38,373 nt of DNA from Craspedostauros australis (lineage: Eukaryota). The notes beneath the pieces were generated by a model. That model had not been told where the DNA came from and made no database searches. It was given only the letters and a program-made list of their open reading frames with translations. Position 1 is the stretch's first letter. Each line of letters opens with the position of its first letter. The stretch covers positions 1 through 38,373 of the forward strand of contig JALAGF010004873.1 in assembly GCA_030167865.1 (NCBI GenBank), in the 5' to 3' direction. The position numbers were made by a program, and so were the translations under genes. Below, one piece after another: positions 1-10,896 of this stretch.

Positions 1-2399
1 GATGTTGCCATTCGAGAGAGGAGATGTAAATTTTGTGATGGCCGGAGAGAGAGAGAGTTTGGTGTTCACTCTCTTCCGGTCGCTTTTGGGGAATGATGTT
101 CATTCAACGGTCTGGTACGTTTGTCCATCCAGGACAACCCACACCACTTATTAGTGGTGTGGGATGGCACGATCGCTCAATCCCCAATTTGGTCAGACGA
201 GCGATTTCGTCCTAAGTCGAGCATGATTTGTGGGGAGGGACCCTGTGGGACCCCATCCCACCGACATCGACTCATGCTTCAATCTCGCTCAAACATTCTG
301 AGCAGTCAGACAGTTGACTAACTCAACTAAATCTTAACATGACTAATGGGAATACTAGTTTGAGCTAATACTTGGCTCCCACCATCAACAACCATTCGTC
401 AGATATGGTGGGGTGCAGCCTCTTGCAGACTGTCTCTCTGGCACAGACCTCGCAGATTTTGTCTTGAGTTGATACTTCACACATCTTGTGTGGGTGGGTT
501 GGCAATTGGTTGACTTGTTGATGGCGCCCATCATGGCTGAAGTCATGTGGTGGGTGTGCTGCCATCCCCCCTCTCCCCCCGATTCCTGCCCACCAACGTT
601 TCCTCTGCACGGACACCTTCCCGGTCGTCCCTGAGCCTCATGCTTTGTGGGAGGTTTGGCCCTGCCCATATGGATGCATCTTGTTCATTCATAGGCATTG
701 GTGTGGGCTGTGCATGGAACACACAGGCCACATCCAATGAGCCGATCTGGCACCACATTGTGGCCTTCGTGCAGGGGCCTGCCACGGCCCCAAATCAACC
801 GCTCTTGTGGCCTCCGCTCACCCACTCACCAAGGGTTGCATCATGATGACGGCAATGTGCTTGGATTTCTCGCTAGACCACTGGTTGGTGCGGTGCTGGG
901 GGTGCCGTTGGACGGCCATTGTGGAGGTTTTGTTTTGCTGCGCCATTGTTGTGTTGTTGTCTGAAGTTTCGCATTTTGAACCTGTCTCACATGTTGGGAG
1001 ATGTAGAGATTCCTTCAAATTGTACCGAATGTACGAAAGAATAATGACACAATACACTTCGAGAGCATCAATACGACTCGATCATTCCGTGGGGGCGAAA
1101 CACACCTGAAGATGTTTCACATCGTGCTGTGATTGGTGAATCATGACATCGTATCCAGTTTCGTGACGTAGATGACGGAGTGGCGAAATACAGGATAGAA
1201 CAGGATAGAATGGATATAAACACGGACTCGCCGCTTCTCCCAACAAAGGCCAACACGCCGCAACTAGTGCTATCGTGGATGGACTGGTGGATCATCTCAT
1301 CGGAACACCCCAGAAAGAGACCACACAAGTCAAAACGGGAACAAACTCGCTGAAGCAAAGAACAGCAAAGGGTTAAGTTGGATCGATGTAGTTGGAAGCA
1401 CAAGGCTGAAACCCGGAAGAGATCGAAAAATATGCACATCCGTCAGTCCATAACCCTGATTTTAGGAATAGGAGCAACCTCAAAACCATCATGGATGTCT
1501 ATCTATTTATGAACTACAAGGATTACGCATATGTTCTTGGTTTGGATATCGGAGATACAGAGTTAGGAGGTCTATTTCAAACGATTGGTCGACTCGCTAA
1601 CCGGCATCATATTCATCACAGATTCCGACTTGCATCGTACGTATGAATCGTGANNTAGTCGATGTAGTCTAATATTCCAAGATACGTTCGTGCAACGTCC
1701 GCAAGGTCGCCAAGGTCCGTGTTATTGGCTGGCGACTTTTCTCTCGCTGTCTGTGTCCTTGTGTTGTGTCTGTTGCGGAGGTTTGTGATCCTTGTGCGCG
1801 GAATCCTTCCCTTCCTTCGAATGGTGATGTGTTCGTGTCCGTGAGTTTGTGTCTGTGTCGTCCACGCTTCCTCTGCTGGTGTCAGTGTCGGTGTTCGTAC
1901 TTTTGGTGGTGCGCCGCCTTCCACGTCCAACGTACAAGGGTACAGTATCGTGGGGGCAGAAGGAGCAATTCCACGAAGTATTCGATGGGGATCGTTCCTA
2001 CTTTTGACTGTGGCGATGTTGTCCTGCGTGGCGCACGAAAACAAACACGCCATGGCATCACGAGCCTTCGCTTGACTTCCGTCTCTGTTGGGTTCACAGG
2101 CTTTCCGCGAGAGCGCTCTTCCCCACTTCACCGCATTCGTGTTGCCACTCAAGCCAGAGCATAGTACTTTACTTTAGATCGTACGAACAGACTGAAGGGA
2201 TAGCAGTAAGCTCAACAAGGAGGCACAATCAGAGCAGAGCATCGCGCCGTCGTCCGAATGTAACTCCCGTTTCTCTCTTGCTCTCTTACGATCTATTATA
2301 TCAGCAGTCGTCGACTCGTACCACTACTAATAGTCGCATCCGTATTCGTGCTGTGCTGTGATACGCTCTGCACCAGAGTACGAGCAGAGACGCAGCAAG

Positions 2400-5300
2400 A
2401 TGCCCGCGTCGATGACGGAAGACATGCTGACGGCGACGGATCATGACCTCATGGACGCCGCGATGAAGCCGCGCTCTGCTTCCGGCAGCGGCGCAGATCC
2501 CAACGCAAAGGAAGCAGGCTCCGTCAGGACGAAGTCAGCCGAAGCCAAAGATAGCGATGGTTCTGACGGTGCTACGAACAGCAGTGGTAACAACGATGCC
2601 TCAAAGCAGCGGCAAGGCGACGAGGAGCAACAGGAAAGCAAGGACTCCTCCGCCAAGGCCGACGATGGCAACGCCAACAGCAGCAACAACAGCAAGGACA
2701 AGCCCAATACGCTGGTCCCCAAACGCAAGGTCGCCCTCACAACAACGGCAACGGCAACAGTAGCAGGAGATGCCAACGCTGGAACCACCGATGGCAACAA
2801 CAAGAACAGAAGCAATAGCATCAGCAGCAATGGCAAGAGCAACGACAACAAGACCTCTGCTGTTGTTGCTACTACCAACACAAACACAAACACAACGACA
2901 GTCACAACCACAAACAACAGCACAAAGATGAAAGACATGAACAAGGACAAGCTGAGACGCAAGAAGAAAAGGAAGAGCAAGCGATCGCGATCTCGGAGGA
3001 GGCTCCTGTTCAGCGACTCCATCTGCGTCTACATTCCTCTCAATGTGACGGCCGACATGCGCGTGCCGCTGGAACGCCAACGCAAGAAGCGCATCCGACG
3101 CATCTACCAACGGTATCCCGCTCTGCTCGAGGAACGCAAGAGAGCGCTGCAGCGCAGGAAGGAGCAGGACGGCGACATGGATGCCGACAGCGACAAGGGC
3201 AAGGATGGCGTGCTGCTTCCGGCGGCCGATGATGAGGCACAGGACAACGACAACGATGCGGATAATGGCAACGACAACGCCAACGCCAACAGCAAAAAGG
3301 TGACGAAGCGCAAGCCCGTGCTCACCAACGTCCCGCAACCCGATCAGTTCGGCTCCGTCATTGATTACCTCGAGGCCAAGTACACGAGGGGCGTCATGCT
3401 CAATGACGATGAGGACGGCATGGGCGGCACCGACGCGGACAATGCCGAAGCCGATGGTGCCGCCGCGTCTGCCCCTGCTGCGAATCAAGGAGACGGGGAA
3501 GGCAGCGTCTACTCGCAATCCTCCTTCCTCGACGACACCGATCTGCGCCGCACGGTCGCCGAGCAGGTCATGGCCAACGCGACGCTCACGAAGCTCGAAT
3601 TGGAGCACGATGACAACGACTTCTTCGTCAACGTAGGCAACCTCGAAGTGGAGAACGATGAGTACGTGCGGGATGATTACGATCCGCTCAAGGATGAGAA
3701 CGACGAGACCAAGAAGAAAAAGAAGAAGCAGACCAAGAAGAAGCTGCCCGCGTCGTCGACTCCCAAGAATGCGGCGGCTGCCGGTGATACCATTGATGCC
3801 AAGTCCAGCAAAAAGACCCAGACACCGTCGCAACCAAATGGCAACAAAAATGATAATGCGGCCGCCACCGCGAAGGCGAAGGGTGGCAAAGGCAAAGGAC
3901 GAGCGTCGCTCGGTGCGCAATCCATCAAGTCGGCCAAATCCAGCAAGAGCAACGCCACCGTCAACAGCAAAAAGAAGACGACCAAGGCAGACAGCGCAGA
4001 TGATGAAAGCGCCGATCACAGCGCAGCGAAGGAGGAAGACCCACAAAACGACGATGACGACAACGATGGCGACCAGGAAGTGGACGATACGGAGGAGATG
4101 GATGAAACGCAGCAGCAGCTGCGTCAGAACGTGGAGAAGTGCGACGCCAAACGCATCGAGATGCGCAAGCAGCTATCTGCGGCCATCAAGGCGCTCACCG
4201 ATGAGGAGCTTCCGCGTTTCAAAACCAAGCTGAAGGTCACCGTCGTCTGCCCACCTGACAAGAAGTCGGGAGACTATGTCACCTTCACGTACGTATCAAG
4301 TGTTCGCGTGTCCTATGTGGTGCAAATACGTGCGTTTATGTTCCCACCAAACTGTGTCGTTCAATCCCAGTCAACATCATTCGATGCCATTCGATGCTTC
4401 CATCCAGCACGACACATATTGCATGCTCTTATGTTGTCTCACATCATGTGCTTACATATGCAACGCGTCGCTCTTCTCCAATACGCATTCCAATCATGTA
4501 ACATGCCTCCATGTACGCTCCACGTAAACTCCACGTAAACTCCATTCACATTCCACAGTAACCCGCACAATCCAGGACAGAAACTCCGTGTCAAGGTCCC
4601 TAAAGACTGCACGCCTGGCACCAGCTTCAAGGTCACCGTCCCAGCCAAACGTCCGCCGCAAACGTCACCGACGACGGATCTCAACAAATTCTCAAGGGAG
4701 TTCCAGGAACTCCTCGACGATTACGCGCACGCCCACGATGACTGGTGCGTGGCGATGGGCGATTTCGACCCGGACTTCTCAACCTACAAGGAGAAGGTCA
4801 ACAAGTACGAATCGTTCGCCAAGCTCTTCCCCAAGAACCTCCTCACGACTGTCACCGAATCCTACATGAAGCGCCTCATCCGACGGTCACGGCAGAACAG
4901 GCACAAGCGCATCAAGGCGGCAGCCAATCGACAAACTCAGCTGGACGAGACGGCCAAGTCCGTCAACGTGGAAGGCGCCGACGGTGCGGGTACGAAAGAT
5001 GGCAACGTCCCGGATCTGACGCAGTCCAGCAGCGACGCAAACAAAGAAAAGGATGGCGCCAAGCCCAAACGCGCCCGAGACGCCGATGGTGATGCACCCG
5101 CCAGCAAAAGACGTGTCAGAAGGGTGGAGCTGATGTATCCAACCCAAGGTTCCATGTTCCCGGCCATCCCATTCCAGTCGGACGACTTCACGATACCCAA
5201 CGGCCCCGCACCGCGCCCAGTACCATCCACACCACGATCCATGCCCAGCGCGCAGTCTACACCGGCGTCCGCGCAAAGATCACCAAAGTCAAAAGCCTCC

Positions 5301-5432
5301 AGTGCCAGAAAACCAGTCAAGAAGGAAAGGTCGTCGACGCCACCGCCGCGTACCGACGTGCTGCATTTTCCATCATCTGGTTCCACATTCCAAAAGCTCA
5401 AGTTCTTGGAGACCCATTTTGTTAGGAAGTGA
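2400..5432 (+). CDS. Hpc2/ubinuclein (HUN/HRD) domain protein, likely HIRA histone H3.3 chaperone subunit; exons 2400-4288 and 4559-5432
   Basis: The motifs FGSVIDYLEAKY, YSQSSFLDDTDL and DFFVNVGNLE match the Hpc2-related domain, and there are basic NLS-like runs. Removing the 270-nt intron joins the 2358 and 4749 ORFs in frame (VTFT|NPHNPGQKLRV). The first ATG is at 2400. Confidence 0.75.
4289..4558 (+). other. Spliceosomal intron (270 nt)
   Basis: Donor GTACGT at 4289 and acceptor TTCCACAG ending at 4558. The frame is preserved after splicing, and the intron contains an in-frame TAA. Confidence 0.85.
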
Positions 5433-6104
5433 GAAGGCGACTTGGTAACATATGCAATAAGATTTTCCCATCGACTCGTACGCACTGCTCTATGTTATGC
5501 TATGTGTTGCGTTGGCAGTCTACGAGTGTGTGTAGAGTAATCGTCATCGTCTGTGACAAATTTCATTGGTGCGATTACACACACCACATGAGTGGCCCCT
5601 GTGCAGCATTGAGGCTTTTTCGTTTGTCGAAGTGACAGACCTTGGACACGTCATTTTTCGCCACCCATCGGTTCGTCCGTTGGTGTCGCCATTTTCCGCA
5701 TCTTTTGTCACACAAGAGCGCAATAATTGTTGCGTCGTGATGTGGCAGAGCGGGTGGCGCCTGCTCAACTCACCTCTTTTGAAACCAACCAGGCCAACTT
5801 TGTGATGAATGTCTCATCGGTGAATCATTGCGCAACACTGGTGCCTCCACACATAGGTCATACCCTACTGCGGCTCGTCGAGTATCTGATTGTCGCCACT
5901 CACTTCCGAATACGCTGTGTGAGCTCAAGCAACAGGCCATCTCAACGATACAGCACGGTTGCTCGGACGCTGATACTCGCATTGTAGTCGTACAATACCG
6001 GTTGAGGTCTCCTTTGGTCAAACGAACCATAACATGCTGAGAGTAATTTGCACATCGGCCAACACTAACACTCACAATACCAACGCCAACAACAGCAAAA
6101 CACG

Positions 6105-7838
6105 ATGTCAACAATGGAAGAGGCCGGCACGATCGTGGAGCAACTGGTCAACACCAACATCGATGTGAATCTGAATGTGAATGTGAATGTGGAAGATGTG
6201 AGCGCGGCCTTGTCCATGACGGCAGCATCGGTGGCGGCCGCTGCCTCCTCCTTGACGGAAGATGCCGCAACCATCATCCAAGCCAACACGGAGGAGATCA
6301 TCGCCAGCGCGACGATCGCCACCTCCACTTCTTCCAACGCTATGTCCTACGGCTGGGCGGCCGCCGCCTTCGCTGCTCTGTGTTACGGTTCCTACGGCGT
6401 CCCCATCAAGTACACGACGGACGTCGACGTGCATCCCTTCGTCCTGCAATCCTACAAGACCTGCGTCATGTTCTGTCTGGCATGGATGGTGCCCATCCTA
6501 GGATACCGCATCGCCTTCACGCCGTGGGGCATCCTGTCGGGCTTCCTCTGGGTCGTCGGCGGCACGGGCGGCATCATCGGGATTCGCACCGTCGGCATGG
6601 CGACCGCCGTCGGCACGTGGGCGTCGACCATGATCCTCGTCAACTTCTCGTGGGGCATCCTCATCTTCCAGGAACCGGTGCATTCCTTCTCCAGCACGTG
6701 CATGTCCTTCGTCCTGCTCATCATCGGGTTGGTGGGCATGAGCAAGTACTCGTCGCCGACGACGGCCAAGACGAGTCGCACGAAAGATGAGCAGGATCAT
6801 CCTTTGAATGGCAAGGGCAACAGCAATGGCACCAACGGCATTGGAAGAATAGCCAGGGGCCTGCGTCGCAAATCGAAATCCGACGTTGTCATGAATGGCA
6901 CGGATATGGACGTTGGCATCGAAATGGGCATGAACATGGATTCTGAGACCACCGCTGATGGTGACACGAACAGGGGCAGCGCGATGGATCGCATGGATGC
7001 CACGTTGCTCAAGTCGAGAAAGAAGACGCACCTCAGTATGCTCGATGTGATGGAAAGCAACGATGGTGCAGGATATGCGTCGAATGCCACGCGCAATGGG
7101 ATAGAGGCAATCGGCGAATCGGGCTTTGAAAAGAATAAGGCGCATGACATGACTGCGGCATCACCGAGCGCAGCTGCGTCGGGGAAGGATTGCGGCCACG
7201 GCGGCATGAGTAAGATCGCCATGGGCACCAGCGCCGTTATCACCAACGGCGCCAGCAACAACAAGCACGGCGCCTCCCAAATCAGTATCAACGGCCATCA
7301 CCATGACACAAATGATAAGCACAAAGATGATGGATCCGCCAGATTCTTCCAGAACAAACGACAGATCGGAATCTTCTTCTCAGTGTGGAACGGCCTCTTC
7401 GGTGGCTCCGCTCTGATTCCGTTGCATTATGCCAAGAAGCACGGCTACGGCGGCGTGCAGTACATCCTCAGCTTCGCGTGCGGCGCTCTCATCTCCAACC
7501 TCCTGCTCTGGATCATCTTCCTCACCACCATCTACACGACGCAGTCCAAACCCGTCTTCCCACAATGGCACGTGCGCCGGTTATGGAAACAGGCCGTCCT
7601 GGCGGGATTGCTGCTGGGCTGCGGTCAATTCTCCGGTATCCTCGCCACGACGGCGTTGGGACAGGCTGTGGGCAACTCCCTCGTGCAGTGCAAGATCCTC
7701 GTCAGCGGCATTTGGGGCATCCTTTTCTTCAAGGAGATCGGCGATCCGAAGATGATCCGGCGGTGGTTCCTGTCGGCCATCATCTGCGTCGTCGCCATCA
7801 TCTGGTTGAGTTGCGAGCGGTTACTGGCCAAGACGTGA
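6105..7838 (+). CDS. TMEM144-like drug/metabolite (DMT) superfamily transporter
   Basis: 577-aa ORF with two blocks of about five TM helices (ALCYGSYGVPIK, FTPWGILSGFLW, ILVSGIWGILFFKEI) separated by a long hydrophilic loop. Confidence 0.8.
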   Translation: MSTMEEAGTIVEQLVNTNIDVNLNVNVNVEDVSAALSMTAASVAAAASSLTEDAATIIQANTEEIIASATIATSTSSNAMSYGWAAAAFAALCYGSYGVPIKYTTDVDVHPFVLQSYKTCVMFCLAWMVPILGYRIAFTPWGILSGFLWVVGGTGGIIGIRTVGMATAVGTWASTMILVNFSWGILIFQEPVHSFSSTCMSFVLLIIGLVGMSKYSSPTTAKTSRTKDEQDHPLNGKGNSNGTNGIGRIARGLRRKSKSDVVMNGTDMDVGIEMGMNMDSETTADGDTNRGSAMDRMDATLLKSRKKTHLSMLDVMESNDGAGYASNATRNGIEAIGESGFEKNKAHDMTAASPSAAASGKDCGHGGMSKIAMGTSAVITNGASNNKHGASQISINGHHHDTNDKHKDDGSARFFQNKRQIGIFFSVWNGLFGGSALIPLHYAKKHGYGGVQYILSFACGALISNLLLWIIFLTTIYTTQSKPVFPQWHVRRLWKQAVLAGLLLGCGQFSGILATTALGQAVGNSLVQCKILVSGIWGILFFKEIGDPKMIRRWFLSAIICVVAIIWLSCERLLAKT

Positions 7839-7922
7839 GCTGCACGAATGCAATACTTGCATTGCGCGAAGTGTAATAGGAGCTATGGTAGAATCGCATG
7901 TCATCGAAGTTATTGCATTCCA

Positions 7923-10198
7923 TTACTCTACTCTCTTGTGTTTTCTAGTCCTGGACGGCTTGGCATACCGAAGACCGAGCAGATCCTGATGGAACAGCTT
8001 CTCTTCGTAATGCGCACGACCTGCCTTGAACTTGTTCCACGCCTTGAAGATGGCGCGCGCACGTTTGGAGGCGTCTGTGCCAAACTCGTCCGATCCGAAG
8101 GGAATCTTCTCGATGCGGAAGCGCTCATCCTTCTCCACCTTGAGCTGCCGGGCCAGACGTTCGCCGACCTCCGATCCCAGGATCGGTCCCGACGCATCCG
8201 GGATGAGGTGCTCCATCTCGACGCCTTCCAGCAGGTAGTTACCATACCTGGCCACGAACTTGGCCCTGTCAGTGTGCTTCGTGTACTCGTCGGATAGTTC
8301 ACGGATGGCGCCTAAGCTCACCAGCTTCTTCAACTGCACGTCGTACGGCAAGTCCCAAAACAGCTTCTCATCTTCGGTTGCGGAATCCGGTGGGCCGTTC
8401 TCCAAGAGGCGGTTCAAGAGCACTTCCGCTGCCGTTTCATCACGGATGCTGTTCCAGAAGCTGTCGGAGTCCTCCTTCGTCTGTGGCGGCGATGCCAAAA
8501 GCGATTGCCTGGTCGCATCGAAATCGACATCATTCAGGGAAGCATCTGGCGAGATGGCAGTGACGTACTCCGCCATCCAGCCCTGTTGAGGTTGGCGCAG
8601 ACAACGATGAAAGGAGGGTGGAGGTCAGAAATGTGAGTCGGTTTACCACACGAAACAAAAGGAGAGCAGAAGTGTTGAGTATGAGCATGACAAGATGTGA
8701 ATGAAACCGAAGTATATGCACCATTTTGGCACTACACATGAGAGTAGAACATAGTCCACCAATGCAATTGATGCAATCGATGCATACGCCCAGCAAGGAG
8801 GCAATCACACGCAAGCGCATTTTCAGTTCTGCGTTGAATGGGTGAACTCACATCGAACTTTTTCTTGCGTTGACTTTGCCATTGGTCGTACGGAGAGTTC
8901 ATGTTGACGCGACGCCATTCCTGCAGCTCCTCTGTCAAATCAAGTATCTTCTTCTCGCGTTCCTGATCTTCGTCATAGGCAGGTGCCTCCGGGGCAGGAG
9001 CTGGCGAATCCTCGGATGGATCGTGCCAGTCCTGCAATGCCTTGAGCAGGCTATCGATATCCTTGCCCTCGAGGACGTCTGGCTTGGAAGGTGTTGCGAT
9101 GCCGCCAGTGTCATCTGCGTCATTGAGGTCGCCATCCATTTCCTCCTCGTCGTCAAGGAGGCTCGCATCAAGGACTGTCTCTGGGAAGAGGGCATGCCGG
9201 GCCGTGACGATATCGCGTCCTTGCCCCAGAAGGCTTGCGTCTTCACCTTCCAACAACGACAGCCAGGTTTCTTCGGACATGCCCAGGACCTTCTTGGCGA
9301 TCCAATGATCCAGCGCCGTCGACGCGCCTACGGTCCATTCGGCGTAGGGCACGGATTGCAGCCGGTATGTCCAGCTGATCATGCCCTCGAAGGCGCGCTG
9401 GTCGTTGGAGTAGAGCAGCGAGAGGTAATCCACGTTTGTCATGTCGTTTGGTTTGGACGTCTTTCCATCGGGGAAGAACCGCTGCGCGGTCTCGGTTGGC
9501 GTTTCCTCCGTCGCGACACGACCGAGCTGCCTGCGCTTGGACTGCAAGGCGCTCGCCTTGGTGCGGGCGTTGCGTCGCTCGGCCGCGGCATCCTCCCGCA
9601 GCATGTCCTCCACCGAATCCAGCGCATCCTGCTCGCTGATGCCGTGCATGCGCATGACCTCGTTCTGCTTGATGGCGAACGCGTAGGCCTTGTTGACCGC
9701 GGCGCTCTTCTGTCCCATGGCGGAGTCCACGCGAGGCACCTTGTCGGCTCCCAGCAGCTTGCGGTAGTACTCCTCGGACGATGCGGCAGCGCCGTTCTCG
9801 GATGCCTGTCGTTCGTGCAGCCGCTTGAGGTACTTCTCGGCCAGCCTGTCCGTGGGACGGTGCTTCTTGACGTACTCTTTGGCCATCCTGCGCTGATCCT
9901 TGACCGGAACGAACGGCCGGAAGGGCATGGGAGGATTGAGCGTCATGGCTTCGTACTCGAAGGGGTAATCTTGGATTTGGCTGCCACGCTGCACGTTCCA
10001 CCGGATGCGTCGCTCCTCGGTGGGATTCTCCGACATCTCGCGGTTCATGTCGCGGATCTCCTCGTTGGTTCGGTACGTGCCCGACTTGACCGACTTCTGT
10101 ATGTAGGTCAGCAGGTCCGGCTTCTGCTTCAGGATGCGCTGCTGTCCATGGCGGTTGGACACCGCGCCGCGGCCCATGGCCACCCTCGTGGCTTGCAT
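7923..10198 (-). CDS. Probable mitochondrial ribosomal protein mS23-like protein with a long C-terminal extension; exons 10198-8852 and 8582-7923 (668 aa)
   Basis: A phase-0 intron joins KKKFD|GWMAEYV. The N-terminus is Arg-rich and acid-free like a presequence. The motifs DLLTYIQK, EAMTLNPP, PTDRLAEKY and AYAFAIKQ..HGISEQDAL resemble mS23 as recalled. The gene model is solid but the function call is moderate. Confidence 0.6.
8583..8851 (-). other. Spliceosomal intron (269 nt)
   Basis: Minus-strand donor GTGAGT at 8851 and acceptor CAACAG ending at 8583; splicing joins the two ORFs in frame. Confidence 0.85.
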
Positions 10199-10896
10199 TT
10201 TGGTGGGAAGTAGTTGAGTGGACTAGAGTGGACTAGAGTGGATTGGTATTGCCAGGATTACTGGGAAGGACGCTGGCCGTGCATACACCACAACCATTCA
10301 CCCAGTCTCTGCTCTGTTGGGACCAAAGAGTGTGTACGTGGTCGCCTTGTGTCACCGTATCTCAATGCGTTCCGACACATCATCAATTACCATCACCATC
10401 TCCACAACCGTTCCACCACCACCGCCGTTGTCGCCATCAACTCGAGAACGAGTTTGAGACGACCAAACGATCGAAGGACTGACGGTGAGATTTGATTGTA
10501 GCCTATCAAAATAAGACTAGACTAGAGAACGCATGGAACAACATTGTCAGCACACCGTTGTTGTGTTTGCGATGAACGTCAAGGCTGGAGACAAGCGATG
10601 GACTTTGCACCAGAGGACAGCTAAGTATGCTCTGGAGAGTGCTCTACAAGGAATTCGTAGTGTTAACAATGGGATTAATTGTTGTTGTGAACATGCACGC
10701 ATTGACGATGGTCGTGATTCTACGATCTTGCTTGGTTGGTTGGTTGCGATGATCCAATCAATCCGCAACCAAGCAACACAGATGCGTATTCGCCCTGCGG
10801 GTTTCAAGCGGTAGCTCGTATGTATGCGTGCCTCGACGATGACGTTGGGGGTTGGTGCATGTTCATCCGATGCACATGTACACGCACATGTACATG

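Noticed and set aside
1616-2164. ORFs of 178 aa and 132 aa
   Set aside because: They derive from low-complexity GT/CA tracts, span Ns and show no domain or coding-like bias.
2441-4046. Long antisense ORFs (481 aa and 193 aa), and similar ones at 8870-10213 and 30931-31881
   Set aside because: They are shadow frames of real genes with strong codon bias and carry no independent motifs.
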